Source: Chiloscyllium plagiosum (taxonomy: Eukaryota). From it: a stretch of 57,884 nt of DNA. A program made the translations under genes and the position numbers. Positions 1 to 12,802 of this stretch are shown here, piece by piece; the first letter of the stretch is position 1, and every line of letters begins with the position of its first letter. The notes under the pieces were generated by a model. It saw only the letters and a list, made by a program, of their open reading frames with translations, ran no database searches and was not told the DNA's origin. The DNA is taken from NCBI RefSeq assembly GCF_004010195.1, contig NC_057718.1, positions 82,467,243-82,525,126 of the forward strand, read 5' to 3'.

Positions 1-139
1 TTATATGAATAGGAAGGGTTTGGAGGGATATGGGCCGGGTGCTGGCAGGTGGGACTAGATTGGGTTGGGATATCTGGTCGGCATGGACGGGTTGGACTGA
101 AGGGTCTGTTTCCATGCTGTACATCTCTATGACTCTATG
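1..139 (+). mobile_element. CR1 LINE 3' end
   Basis: Typical CR1 3' UTR ending in ctatgactctatg; homologous to 10720-10846 and 29570-29703. Confidence 0.85.
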
Positions 140-185
140 CTGGGGAAGATAAGCACTACTGCAGTTAGGCGGTAGTGTGGGGGGA
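138..185 (+). mobile_element. Extreme 3' terminus of a Tx1-like LINE (second copy)
   Basis: Near-identical to 905-950 and followed by an A-run. Confidence 0.7.
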
Positions 186-319
186 AAAAAACACAGGAGT
201 GTCAGAAGTAAAAAAAGCAAAAAAGAATATACAACAGTGTCAGGAAAAAAAAGAAAAAAATAAACAAGCGTGTCAGAGGTTCTGTTGAAAAAGAAAGAAA
301 AAAGAATAAACAGGAGTGT

Positions 320-990
320 TTGCTTGTTCTGTGGTGCTGTGGACCACGTGTATATTGGGTGTGGGCGTTTGCACTCCCTTTTTGATTTTCTTAAAAACCT
401 TCTCCTCTGTTTTTGGCTGCACTTCAGTCCCACGCTCCTGATCTTCGGGCACCCAGTACGGAGGAGGGAGGGCAGGTCTGAAGACCTCCTCGTGGGTCTG
501 TTCCTGGGCCTGGCCGAACTGGCCATCAACAGGTCGAGGCAGTGGGCCGTGGAGGGGGTCGTTAAGGCCGACTGCCTGCCCCTCTTCCACGGTTACGTTA
601 GGGCCCGGGTGTCCTTGGAGAAGGAGCACGCGGTGTCGACCAACACCCTGGAGTTGTTCAGGGAGAGGTGGGCGCCGCAGGGAGTGGAGTGCATCATTTC
701 TCCCTCCAACTCTATTTTGATTTAATCCCTGCCCTCCCCTTCACTGTTTGATCACACAGCATTGCCCTTTGATGTGAAGGGCAGTGTTTGTCATTGGCCA
801 CTCGGGTGTTTCCGTTCTTCCTGGTGGTGGAAATTTGAATAAAGATTCGTACACCTTGTGTCTTTCACTGTGTCTCATATCTGCACACACACACACAACA
901 TGGGTGCTGGGGAAAAATAAGCACTACCGCAGTTAGGCGGTAGTGTGGGGAACAGCAACAAAAAAAAGAGAAAAAAAAGGAGGAAAAAAA
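320..990 (+). mobile_element. 5'-truncated Tx1/L1-clade LINE: ORF2 C-terminus, 3' UTR and A-tail
   Basis: ORF to stop at 725 with Tx1-like CCHC knuckle CLFCG..HVYIGCGRL and FRERW motif; AATAAA at 838-843; A-rich tail after 950. Confidence 0.75.
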
Positions 991-1189
991 ATAAACACGA
1001 GTATCAGAGTTCTGTTCACTCTGAGAGCTGGCTCTGAGGAAGAAGAAAAGAAAAAAACAACAGGAGTGTCCGAGTTACTACTACTCTGATAGTTGATTCT
1101 GAATGGGGCAATACTAAAGTCAAGGACTGCTCATGTATCAATAAAGAGTGATTAGGTCATGAGATACCAGCCTTGGTGAAGTTATTTCA
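991..1189 (+). mobile_element. Probable LTR fragment (R/U5-like) serving as Tx1 target
   Basis: Repeated acaggagtgtcagag motif, AATAAA at 1140-1145, terminal ttatttCA at 1189; LTR identity is inferred. Confidence 0.45.
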
Positions 1190-1852
1190 GCTCTTTCTCT
1201 CCATTTAGTCTCCTTCCCCCTTTTTCCAGAGAAGGTTCATCCAACTACTCCAGCTGCCTTCCCTCACTGTCACCACCTGCTACTGGTAGTGCTTTTGCAC
1301 TTGGAAGACTGTTTGGTAAAGTGGGATCTGTGAGCTGGAGATCACAACTGTTCTGTTGCCTTGCTGTGTCTGAAAACCAATCAAAGCCCACAGAGAGGGG
1401 GTGTCTAAGAATCTCTGTCGGTCTAACATGGCAGTGTTAGGAGGACCTCAAAATTCAACGATGGATTGGACATTTTGCAGAAGATTTCATCACAGGATCT
1501 CCTATTGCCCTGCCCCCCCACACACTCTGTCATTGGTTGCCTGATATTTCAATCTCAAAGTGCCATTATCTACAGGACCACTATTTACCCAACTGGATGA
1601 TTCCTGACTCTCAGTAAAACAGCTTTTCTTATGCCTCCCATACAGATTTTTTTGTAATTAATAGACAACAGTGTTCAAACAAAATGAAGAAAACAAAACT
1701 GTTGTGTTTCGAGAAAGACCAGGAGGCCAAAGTGTTAAAACAGCAGCCAGAGCTTTTTTAGGGAGGTGTTCACTCAGCAGGCAGCAAGGTTAGACGAGAA
1801 ATGTGTTGCTGGAAAAGCGCAGCAGGTCAGGCAGCATCCAAGGAGCAGGAGA

Positions 1853-1887
1853 ATCAACGTTTCGGACATGAGCCCTTCTTCAGGAAT
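1853..1887 (-). ncRNA. Minimal type I hammerhead ribozyme (PLE family A)
   Basis: Minus strand AUUC CUGAAGA A GGGC UCAU GUCC GAAACGUU GA. Confidence 0.65.
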
Positions 1888-1982
1888 GAGGAGAGTGTGC
1901 CAAGCAGGCTAAGATAAAAGGTAGGGAGGAGGGACGTTGGAAATGCGATAGGTGGAAGGAGGTTAAGATGAGGGTGATAGGC

Positions 1983-2206
1983 NNNNNNNNNNNNNNNNNN
2001 NNNNNNNNNNNNNNNNNNNNNNNNNNNNNNNNNNNNNNNNNNNNNNNNNNNNNNNNNNNNNNNNNNNNNNNNNNNNNNNNNNNNNNNNNNNNNNNNNNNN
2101 NNNNNNNNNNNNNNNNNNNNNNNNNNNNNNNNNNNNNNNNNNNNNNNNNNNNNNNNNNNNNNNNNNNNNNNNNNNNNNNNNNNNNNNNNNNNNNNNNNNN
2201 NNNNNN
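1983..2206. other. Assembly gap (N run)
   Basis: Run of N. Confidence 1.
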
Positions 2207-3058
2207 TCCCTTGAGGCCTTGGAGGGAAGTAAGGGGGGAGGTATGGGCGCACGTTTTGCATTTCTTGCGGTTGCAGGGGAAGGTGCCGGGAGTGGAGGTT
2301 GGGTTGGTGGGGGGTGTGGACCTGACAAGGGTGTCACGGAGGGAGTGGTCTTTTCAGAACGCTGATAGGGGAGGGGAGGGAAATATATCCCTGGTGGTGG
2401 GGTCTGTTTGGAGGTGGCGGAAATGACAACAGATGATATGATGTATATGGAGGTTGGTGAGGTGGTAGCTGAGGACCAGTGGGGTTCTGTCCTGGTGGCG
2501 ATTGGAGGGGCGGGGCTCAAGGGCAGAGGAGCGGGAAGTGGAGCAGATGCAGTGGAGAGCATCGTCGATCACGTCTGGGGGGAAATTGCGGCCTTTGAAG
2601 AAGGAGGCCATCTGGGTTGTTCGGTATTGGAACTAGTCCTCCTGGGAGCAGATGCAACGGAGACGAAGGAATTGGGAATATGGGATGGCGTTTTTACAGG
2701 GGCAGGGTGGGAGGAGGTGTAGTCTAGGTAGCTGTGGGATGCGGTCGGTTTATAGTAAATTCCCTCCAAAATGACCAGTACCACATGATTGGCCTCTTAA
2801 AATAAAAGCCCACCACATTTACATAAAAAATATAACATCCCTCTCCCTTTACACCAGAGGTTCCTGCAATGAAAATGTTCACGATGTTTAAAATCATATA
2901 TACAACAGTAAGTGAGTAAGACATTCTGGAGGAGATCCATTCCTGTGTGCCACTGAGCGCACCTCAGGCATCTGTTTATTTTTCTGACTGGCCTTACCTT
3001 CTGGTGTTTTTGGTGTAAGAGGAACATCATCTGCCATTGTCTTTTTCTGAGACAGTTA

Positions 3059-3780
3059 CAGTATTTACTTGTTTATTGGTCGTTCACATGTATAAGTAGA
3101 CCCAATTTATTTGGCCAAATATTCTAGTATTTTCCATATATCTTGTGAATAAGTTGACCCGAGTCCTTCACAGTTATAAATCGATACTTATGTGTCAGTG
3201 AGCCATTGCACTCCACTCTGGCTTTCCAGTCTACTGGCCATACCACTCCATTCAGGGTATTCCAGTCCACCAGCCATCATGCTCCAACCCAGGTTTTCAG
3301 AATTACTGTAATGGTACAATAGTATAGGGCGACCACTGTATCTGCGGAGACGGTTTCCATGGTTTATTGTAGCCTGAACATATTACAGGGAACATTCCAG
3401 AACCAGGGACCGGGGACTGCCGGGAAGGTAAATTTCCCATTTAAATGAATAGGTTTGCATCTATCTGCGGTCTTGGGCTTCCGCGGTAGGTCCTGGAACA
3501 TATCCCCACGGTACCAGGGGGACTTTTGTACCATTCTACGATAGCAGGCGGAATGGAGACAGTTATTTTGGAGATAAATATTCAATAATGACCATTATTC
3601 TTTTTCCTTTTGTTGTTTATTATTTTACATAGAGATCTGGCTCTTGTTTGTCCATTTTTTGACTCATACCAAGCATGAATTTCGTCCCCTTGAAAACAAT
3701 ACCTCCTGTATTAGCTGACCCCCTAATTTCAGCTGAAAAAAACCGTCTTCAAAATTCGACCTATACACGAGTATATACGG
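3059..3780. mobile_element. Probable pogo/Tigger-like MITE nested in the Gypsy element
   Basis: Imperfect TIRs (cagtatttacttgtttattggtcg / cgacctatacacgagtatatacgg), preceded by TA; internal ~35-bp tandem units at 3201-3300. Confidence 0.5.
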
Positions 3781-6322
3781 CAAATGTTTGGACACTCGCA
3801 CGTCATTGTGGTATTATCTGCTAAGGTTCCCTCTCCGTCAGGTATATCAGGCCTTAATTTGGCTCAGTGATTTATAAATCTTCGTTTATTGTTGTCCCTG
3901 GCACATTCATACCAGTTGCCAAGTTGATCAGCATATCATCTCCATACAACAATCTCTCTTGTCTGTACAGTATAGGAAACCAGTCCAGTCTGTGTTATAA
4001 TAATGGCTGGTACCCACTTCTCACAAGTGGTATAATTTCTCACAAATACTTTTTGAACAATATTTTGGGAAGTGCAGTGTTAAGCCAAATCCTCTCTTTG
4101 CAAAACCTGTTTCTGTTGTTTCCTGTCAATAATGTTTTTTACCATGGGTGGTTTCAGCAAATTAAATACCCATTACACAACTGACACTTTACCATGAACA
4201 ATGCCAGAGAACTTTGAGTCGTTGAGCGGATTGTGTTCTGATATGTTAACAAAAATTGGCTCAGTATTTTCAATAGTGACCCTTGTTCTCTAGTTATCCT
4301 GAAGGAATGTTTCATTGTCTGCTCAAATCTTTCTGCCAAACCATTTGTGTGTGGCTGATAAGGAACTGATTGAATGTGTTGAATTCAATCTGCTTTAAAT
4401 AATTTATCTTTGGATTTAACTGTGCCTCATTATCACTAACAATTTATTCTCGGTAACCAAACCATGCAACAATCTCCCCAAATGTTTCAGTGGTTTTCTC
4501 TGAAGATGTTGTCTTCATGATGTGAACTTCAGGCCATTTAGTAAATGTGTCAACGACTATGAAATACATTTGCCCTTCAAAAGGTCTGCAACAGTCAATA
4601 TGGATTCTTTGCTCTGGCTTTTCTGTCCATACCCCTGGATATAATGGAGGTAGGTTGTGAACTCTTGTCCAAGCTTTACATATTCCCACCTTCTCCTCAA
4701 TTTAGACATCTAGCCCTGGCCATTAGAAATAGCTGGACCACCTCCTTCATTCTGACAGTGACGTGTTTCCTTAGCTGTGGTGGAATGATTACCCTCACTT
4801 CCATAGAAGATATCCTGCTTGTATGGATTGTTCTAGCTTCCGTGTGAAATATGACCTCAGTTCAGGGCTTGTTCTTGTGATCTTGGCACAAAACGCCTTG
4901 TCCATCACTTTCGATAATAGTGGATCATTTGTAGTGCACTTCATAATTTGTCCTGCCATTACCAGATTGTTCTTTACTTATTCGAAGAAGAAAATGTCTA
5001 CATAAGGACTGTTTGTAGTCAACTCATTGGCAAAAGTAATCTAGAGAGCCTATCAGCATTCCCATGTAAACTGATTTCTGATACTTAATTATAATAATGT
5101 GAGCTAACAGCAACAATGCCCACCTCTGTATATAGTTTGATGCATTGAGCAGGTAGTGCTAGATGAAGCCCAAATACTGTAGTCAGTGGTCTGTTTATAT
5201 CATAAATTCTCAGCCATCCAGGTACTGGTAGAATCATCTCTCAAAAATGATTCCGAAAGCTTCTTTCTCATTCTGTACATACTTAATTTCTGCTTTGTTT
5301 GACATTCTTGATAAAAAAAGCTATTGTCTTCTCTTCACTGTTGGGTAATATGTGAGAAACAACTGCTCCCACTCCCTGTTAGTATATCGCCTGCTAGTTG
5401 CAATGGTAACTTCACACCAAAATGGGTCAGGATTTCTGACTTTAATAAGGCCTCTTTAGCTTCTGTAAAATCTCTCTCACATTGATCTTCCTATTTCCAA
5501 TTCTTGTTTTTACATAATGTGCAACAGCTTGAGAATGTTTGCATGGTTTGGGACAAACCTGCCATTGTAATTTAGCAAGCCCAAAAATGATTGCGGCTTG
5601 TTCACATTTTTAGATGCTGGTGCCTCGGTTATGGCTTTTACTTTTGAAGGTGACTTATGTTGCTCCTTCGCATCAATGAAGACTTAAACATTCAATGGAA
5701 GATTTTAAAAAGTCATATTTGTTCTCCTCACTCTTAGGCCATGCTTTTCAAATCTCTGCAGAGTTGCATCGAAATTGTGAAGAAGCTTTTTATTGTTATT
5801 GTTTACTTTTATTATTTCTAAAGCATTGTCTAAGCATTGTTTAACTGGACTCTTTTCCAATCCATTTAAAATCTAATCCATGGCACACTGGATTAATATA
5901 GGTGTAGATGTAAGTCCAAATGGAAGGCTCTTGCATTTGAATGATCCTTTATAAATTATAATTGTTAAGTATTTATGTCTACATTTATCTGGAGGTCAAT
6001 TTTACTGAAAAGGTGGATTAGAAAATAGGTAATCAGTTAAAAGTACTAGTGACCTTAAAATCACTGCAGATACATACCAATTCATCTTTTGTCATGACTG
6101 GTAAGAAAGATGTGGCCCAATTATTCATATTTACAGTGTCAAAGACTTTCATCTTGACCAGCCTCTCTAATTCTGCTTTGATCATACACAACTAGATCAG
6201 TGCTTTACTATGTCATGCTTGATTTTTATCCCCAATTTTCATTTTGACACAGATCATTTTACCATGTTTCTGGGATCCCTATTGAAAATAATGGCATTTG
6301 TGATAGGTCAATCTCAGAATCT

Positions 6323-6661
6323 GGTGGCGGCTCAGTGGTTAGCACTGCTGCCTTACAGTGCCAGGGACCTGGGGTTTAATTCTAGCCTGGGGTGACTGCC
6401 TGTATGGAGTTTGCTCATCTCCCTGTGCCTGTGTGGGTTTCCTCTTGGTGCTCCCGTTTCCTCCCACAGTCCAAAGATGTGCAGGTTAGGGTGGATTGGC
6501 CATGTTAAACTGCCCATAGTGTCCAGGAATGTGTAAGTTAGCCGTGGGAAATATAGGGTGGAGGGGAGGAGGGGGTGAATCTGGGTGGGATGTTCTTTGG
6601 AGAATGGGTGTGGAGTGTTTTGGTCAAATGGCCTGTTTCCACACTGTAGGGATTCTATGAT
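6323..6661 (+). mobile_element. HE1-type tRNA-derived V-SINE
   Basis: A/B-box tRNA head, tgtatggagtttgc core, CR1-like tail ccacactgtagggattctatga. Confidence 0.85.
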
Positions 6662-6772
6662 ACTTCAGCTTGGTTTAATTTGATTTTCTCCAAACAGGTT
6701 CTTCCCAACAAAGCTGGAGAATTCCCTTTGACAAAATGTAAGGACAAACTTTCAGACTGACCATTCTCAACG

Positions 6773-6987
6773 ATAAGGTCACCATAGTCTTACCAGACCA
6801 TAGGGCTGCTCTCTATCATTAGAAAGGAATGAGTGGTGGTTGTTGAACTTGAGGGTCACCATGCCTCAGGCAAAGGGAGAGGTTGAGAAGGAGAGTGTGT
6901 CATGGTAAACTGAACCAGTGTAGGAACTGAACCCATGCTGCTGGCAGTGTTTCATATCACGAACCAACTATCCAGCCAACTAAGCTA
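6773..6987 (-). mobile_element. tRNA-derived SINE (different family)
   Basis: Minus-strand tagcttagttgg A box and ggttcagttcc B box; interrupts Gypsy pol. Confidence 0.55.
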
Positions 6988-8340
6988 TCCAAGCACTGAT
7001 ACAACCCCTTAAAGGCATCACTTCCTCCACATATGTCCCTGATTCAATTTTTGATGATCGCAGCACAATGTGACTGAGGTGCTTCTGATAGACACTTCCA
7101 GGTATCAATGAAACTGCCACTCCAGATTCCATCTCCATTCTTACTAGTTTGCCACTCAGTAAGCGAGTGTCCCAGTATCGGTTGGTGTCACCAGCCACAG
7201 CCAGTATCTTTGATAACACTCATCTTCCGACTGAGAGTCTCAGCTTTGCACATTCCCTTTCTGTACTATGTAGATTAGCTGTTGAGGCTGCTAGTTCTGT
7301 TACAATTACTATCACCAGTCTAAGTCTAGGTTCCTTTCTATCACAATCTCTTCCGGATTGCCTCACAACTTAAACCACACACCAGTCTGTCTCTGGTGGC
7401 AGCATTTAAGTTGTCTTCAAGTTCACAGAATTCTGATAACTTTTCAAAAACTGCAACAGACTGGGAGATAAATTCACCATCACTCTGGTTGCATTTGTGG
7501 AATCTGAACCTGTCAGCAATCACAATGGTTTCGGTGGAAAATGGTTCTGTAGGATTCCTACTATTTCTTAATATATTTTGGAACCTGAATTTTCTGGCTG
7601 TACCTCAGGCAGTTAAAAGATTTCTCCATAACACTCACAGAAATGCAGGGATGTCTATATCTGCTTCAATTTCATGAGCTTGAATAAAATAATGGTGTGC
7701 TTTCATCATGTGATCTCATGGTGCCAAAATGTCCTGCATTTATTTGAATGGAGAGAGCCTGTGTAGCATAACGTACTACATAAAGCACTACCTTGCTTCT
7801 TCCTGTTTAATACAGGGTATTCCTGAGGCTGCCTGTTATTTTATTAGTCCGAGACCACATCCCTAACTCAAGATTTCCCTCTGTGTAGAGAACTCATTAC
7901 TCTGAGATTTCCTTCAGGGTGGAACATGCGGAAAGTTTCTTAGGTATTGTTCACCTCTTCCCTGGTGTGAATTCATTTTTCTCTTCTTTTCCTCACTGCT
8001 TGTACCTGCGTTGGAGAAGCAATGGCATCCATGGCTTTTTCTTTTTTTTAATCGAAGTGCCTCCAAGGTTGGCTGTGAAGATCACAATTCCGACATTTTC
8101 TTTTGTGGTAAATCAGTCGATTCTTCCAATGGTTGACGAAGCAGTCGTTATCGTTGTCGCCAGTTTTCTTCTTTTGCTACATTTTGAGAAGATCTGGAGG
8201 TTAAAGTGGTAAAACAACAGCAGGTGCTTCATTCAGGAGGTGTTCAGTCTTCAGGCAACAAAGTTAGACTGAACTAGTCACCTCCAAAATGGTCAATGAT
8301 GTCACATGATTGGGGTCTTAAAATGACAGTACATCATTGG

Positions 8341-9024
8341 GTCATAGAATCATTCAGCACAAAAACAGTCTCTTTGTCAACCAGTCCACACTGACCATGT
8401 TCCCAAACTAAACTAGTCCCACCTGCCTACCCCTGGCCCATATGCCTCCAATCCTTTCCTATTCATGAACTTATCCACATATCTTTTAAATGTTGTAACT
8501 ATACCTGCATCCATTACTTTCTATGGCACTTCATTCCACACATTATCTCTCATGTCCTTTAAAATCTTTCTCCTTTCACCTTAAAAATACGTCCCCTAGT
8601 TTTGAACTCATCACTCCCTCAGGAAAAGACCCTTGTCACTCACCTTATCTATGCCCTCATGATTTTATACACCTCAATAAGGTCATCCCTCAACTTCCTA
8701 CGCTCCGGTGAAAAAGGTCTCAGACTTTCCAGTCTATTTTTATTTCTTATTCCTGGCAACATCCTGGTAAATCTTTTCTGAACCCTGTCCAATTTAATTG
8801 TACTCAGGGCGACCAGAACGAAACACAATACTCCATAAGAGGCTTCACCAACGTCCTGTACAACCTCAGTATGATGTCCCAACTCTTATACTCAAAGCTC
8901 TGGGCATTGAAGGCAAGCATACTAACTCTTCTTAACCATCCTACCTACCTGTGACGCAAGTTTCAAAGAATTATGTACCTGAACACCGAGGTGTTTCTGT
9001 TCTACAACACTACCCAGAGCCCTA
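8341..9024 (-). mobile_element. CR1 LINE 3' fragment inserted in the Gypsy 5' LTR
   Basis: LDRVQKRFTRMLPG..DLIEVYKIM peptide and CR1 tail. Confidence 0.85.
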
Positions 9025-9339
9025 ACTACCATATTTACACAGACACACAACAAAAACTTTGTGCTTTCTCTTCAGGGTTTTGCACCATTATTGAGAGATT
9101 AATCTTTAGTTATTGTAGATGCTGTGTTCTGGAGGATTAGCAGTTTCTTCAAAAGAGCTGTGCAATTTGTACCTGTACTCCCCACTCTTTTCCCATTATC
9201 CTACCAATTTGACCTCTTCATGTGTTTGCCCCATTCCTGTTTGAAAGAATGAATCTATTTCCAAGCACTCAGTCTGCTCATTTCAAAGAAACTTGCTGTG
9301 TAAAAATAAACTTCCTTATCTAATCCCAGCTCCTATGGC

Positions 9340-9950
9340 TGATAATGCACATGATCATACCAAGCCTGAACGTTGTGATGGTCTTGTTAAATATTTATAT
9401 AGACTGCTTCAATATCTGAGGAGTTGGGAATGGTACTGCACGTTCAGCTAACATCAATAAACATCCTCATTTAATTGTGGGTCGAGCGGGGAAATGGTTG
9501 GACCTGCGGGATGATCTCCTGCAGTAATGTCCTGTGACTGTGATGATTGACCTCTAGCTTCCTCTCTACTAGACATAGCTCCAACCTTTGGAAGACTTTT
9601 TCACTTATTCTTGTTGACTTCAATTTTTCTCTAAGGCTCCTTACTCTGTCAAATATTGCCTCAATATCAAGGGCAATCACTCTTGTCTATTGAGTTCAGC
9701 TCTTTTCTCAGTGTTTGGACCAAGACAGTAATGAGGTCAGGAGTTCAGTGTCCTGTAGAACCCAAACTGAGCAATAGTGAGCAGGTTATTGCTATGTAAA
9801 TGCAACTTTAGTGCAATTTTGATTACCTCATCCATTACTTTGCTGATGAGAGAGAACAGATTGAGGATTGAATTGGATTTGCCCTGCTCCCCATGGACAG
9901 AGCAATTGCCTGGGCAATTTTACACATAGCCCATGATTAGCTGTACTGGA
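9340..9950 (-). mobile_element. CR1-group LINE family 2 RT fragment
   Basis: IALDIEAIFDRV peptide; homologous to 42520-43880. Confidence 0.7.
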
Positions 9951-10049
9951 ACTGAAAGAAAACTTCACAAGAAGTATGCAGACAATAAGAGTTTCTCTAC
10001 AAGCAGATAAACAGGAAGAGAATAGAAAAATTGAGCATTGTTCCCTTAT

Positions 10050-11830
10050 AGAATGAGCCTAGGGAAACAAGGAAATGGGCAGATAGACTGAACAAGTATA
10101 TTCATTGTTAAAACAGAAGAAAATATTTCAGGAATAATAATAGAAAATTAAGGGACAGCAGTGAAAGCAGAACTGGAAACAATTGCAAATATTACAGAAA
10201 GCTTACATGGAGTCCAGGACTGTACATCATGGAAACAGACTCTTTGGTCTAACTCATCCATGCCGACCAGATATCCTAAATTAAGCTTGTCCCATTTGTC
10301 AGCATTTGGCCCAAATGATATTAAATGCACTCAAGACCCCTGGATCAGAATCTCTGCTTTGTAATTTCTTTAAACTCGAAAGGGTTCAGAAAAGATTTAC
10401 AGGATGTTGCCGGGGTTGGAGGGTTTGAGCTATATGGAAAGGTTGAATAGGCTGGGACTGTTTTCCCTGGAGCATTGGAGGCTGAGGAGTGACCTTACAG
10501 AGGTTTACAAAATCATGAGGGGCATGGATAGGGTAAATAGTCAAGATAGTTTCCCTAGGGTGGGGAAGTCCAAAGCTACAGGGCACAGGTGTAAAATAAA
10601 AAGGGAAGGATTTAAAAGGGACCTGAAGGGCAACCTTTTCCCCCAGAGAATAAAGCACGTCTGGAATGACCTGCCAGAAGACGTGGTGGAGGCTGGTTTA
10701 ATTACAACATTTAAAAGGATCTGGTTGGGTTTAAAGGGATATGGGCCAAATGCTGGGAAATGGGACTAAATTAATTTAGGACATCTGGTTAGCATGGACA
10801 AATTGGACTGAAGGGTCTGTTTCCGTGCTGTACAGCTCTATGACTCCAGGTAGCTGCATTGATTGTAATCTTCTAAAATTCACTAAATCCTGGCAAAATC
10901 CCAGCAGAAAAGAAAACCACAAATATAACATCACTATTCAAGAATGGATAGAAATAGAAAGTAGAATAGAAAGTCAAAAATCTATCATTAAGAAAATGCT
11001 GGAATTGATTTATGATCATGAAATAGTGGCAGGACCATGGGGGAAATCATAACACAGTCAAGCAGAATCACTATGTCTTGTTTAAGGCTAATGATATTTG
11101 GCAAATCTAAATTCTTTCAAGATGTAATAGGCAAGGTTCATAAAGTAAAACCAGTAGATGTAATTGGATGGATGTGTTCAGATATCACAAAAAAAATTAC
11201 TCATTACAAGAGCTCATGGCATTGTGGGTAATATATTGGCATGGATAGAGGATTGGCCAAATTTGGAATCAGAGTCAAAGTTCTTCAGGTTGTCAATAAA
11301 CTGCAACAGGTTCCACAGGGATCAATGCTGGAGTCTCAACTATTTGCAATCAACATTAGTACCTTAGAAGATAGGACTGAGAGATTTCATAGCTACATTT
11401 ACTGGTATTACAAAAATAGGTAGGAAAACAAGTTGTGAGGAGGATATAAGAAATTTGCAGGGAGGTAATTGATAGGTTAAGTGAGTGGGCATGTGGATTA
11501 TAATGTGAAGCCTGTCCTCTTTGGTGGGAGGAACAAAAAAAAAGAATATTATTTAAACAGAAAAGACCGAAGAATGTGGCAACAAGAATGAGATGTGGAT
11601 GCCCTCACAAAAAAATTAGTATGTATGTATGGCATCTGGTTAGGAAGACAACTGTTGGTTTGATCTGATTTATTATTGTCACATGTACCGAGATACAGTG
11701 AAAAGTATTGTATTGCATGCTAAATCATACCTTACATAAGGGGCATTCATTGCAAGAGGAATGGAATAAAGAAGCAAAGTCACTTGCAACAACTGCACTA
11801 GGCATTGGTGAGGCCGCACCTGAAGCACTG
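10050..11830 (+). mobile_element. Degenerate CR1 RT region with nested CR1 3' ends (10221-10312 minus; 10381-10846 plus)
   Basis: VPQGSML and HGIVGNILAWIEDW peptides; MLPGLEGLSYMERLNRLGLFSLE ORF at 10404-10769. Confidence 0.75.
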
Positions 11831-11832
11831 TG

Positions 11833-12052
11833 TTAGATTAGATTAGATTAGATTACATTACATTACATTACAGTGTAGAAACAGGCCCTTCGGCCCAACA
11901 AGTCCACACCGACCCGCTGAAGTGCAACCCACCCATACCCCTACTCGCCCATTTACCCCTTACCTAACACTATGGGCAATTTAGCATGGCCAATTCACCT
12001 GACCTGCACATCTTTGGACTGTGGGAGGAAACCGGAGCACCCGGAGGAAACC
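11833..12052 (-). mobile_element. HE1-type SINE, partial, with (ttaga/ttaca)n tail
   Basis: Matches 44038-44354. Confidence 0.85.
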
Positions 12053-12802
12053 ACTGCATATAGCTTTAGTCTCCTTATTTCTACCATCCAGTTAGGAGGG
12101 ATTGACTGATTCCTTTCCTTGTCCCACTCCTCCACAGACTACAACAAAGGTTGAATTTAAAAGGAAAATGGTATTACCAATGATATCTTTGACAGTATAT
12201 GGCATAGTTCATAAACAGGTTACCTTCATTCATAAATAGAAAATGTGTATATTGACAAAAAGAACTTACTAAAATGATGCTACGATGATCGGCTGAAGGT
12301 TTAAAGTGTGTAAATACGACTCTTCTTAAAAAATATCACATACACACAAAGGCAACTTCCAAACTTGAAAAGAATATAAACTCTGCAGAATATTATCTTA
12401 GAAGTACTATGAGCAAGTAACAACTAAATTGAAAAAAAAAGACTTATTTGCAGATTGTTCCAAATGGAGGCCTACAGTCAAAGTCACTTCCACATAATCT
12501 GTTAGCACTGGGGTTTCTTCCTGGATCATTAGGACTGGTTGGAATGTCTTCCTGGAGACAGTGGTGTGGATTCAGACTTTTCCATTAAGAACCCTCCACT
12601 TGAGGTGATGAGGCCTTCATGTGGATTTTCAATTCACACACCTTAATGAGAGGGGTTCCAGATAGAGTACTTTCTCTCAGAAAATGTTCAAAAGCAAATG
12701 CTTTTTCCATCCACAGATGGGCCATGTAAGCTATTTCTGAAAGTGCTGCAGACTCAGTGACTCCATTTAAGCAGCTTGTTGATCACAAATACAACATTAC
12801 CC

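Larger units (their letters stand above)
1796..2760 (-). mobile_element. Penelope-like element 3' part (RT C-terminal/linker region and terminal repeat)
   Basis: Minus-strand peptides YKPTASHSYLDYTSSHP and DRTPLVLSYH are PLE-like; hammerhead-bearing terminus at 1800-1890. Confidence 0.8.
2761..9052 (-). mobile_element. Degenerate Gypsy (Mag-like) LTR retrotransposon with nested insertions
   Basis: gag RFRFHKCNQ..RDRLVCGL (7341-7523); protease-like MEMESGVAVSLI (6980-7219); integrase RIHIDCCRPFEG and AERFEQTMK (4154-4689); PBS-like tggcgac at 8156-8162; PPT aaagggagaggga at 2838-2850; LTR similarity 2763-2837 vs 8281-8335 plus 9029-9052. Confidence 0.85.

Noticed and set aside
181..320. CRISPR-like repeat-spacer pattern
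   Set aside because: Spacers are A-runs, repeats vary in length, context is vertebrate and no cas genes are present; better explained as LINE tails plus target duplications
1854..2562. Long ORFs spanning the gap
   Set aside because: Artefacts of the N run and PLE sequence
6323..6400. tRNA-like sequences here and at other SINE heads
   Set aside because: They continue into SINE cores and tails; not tRNA genes
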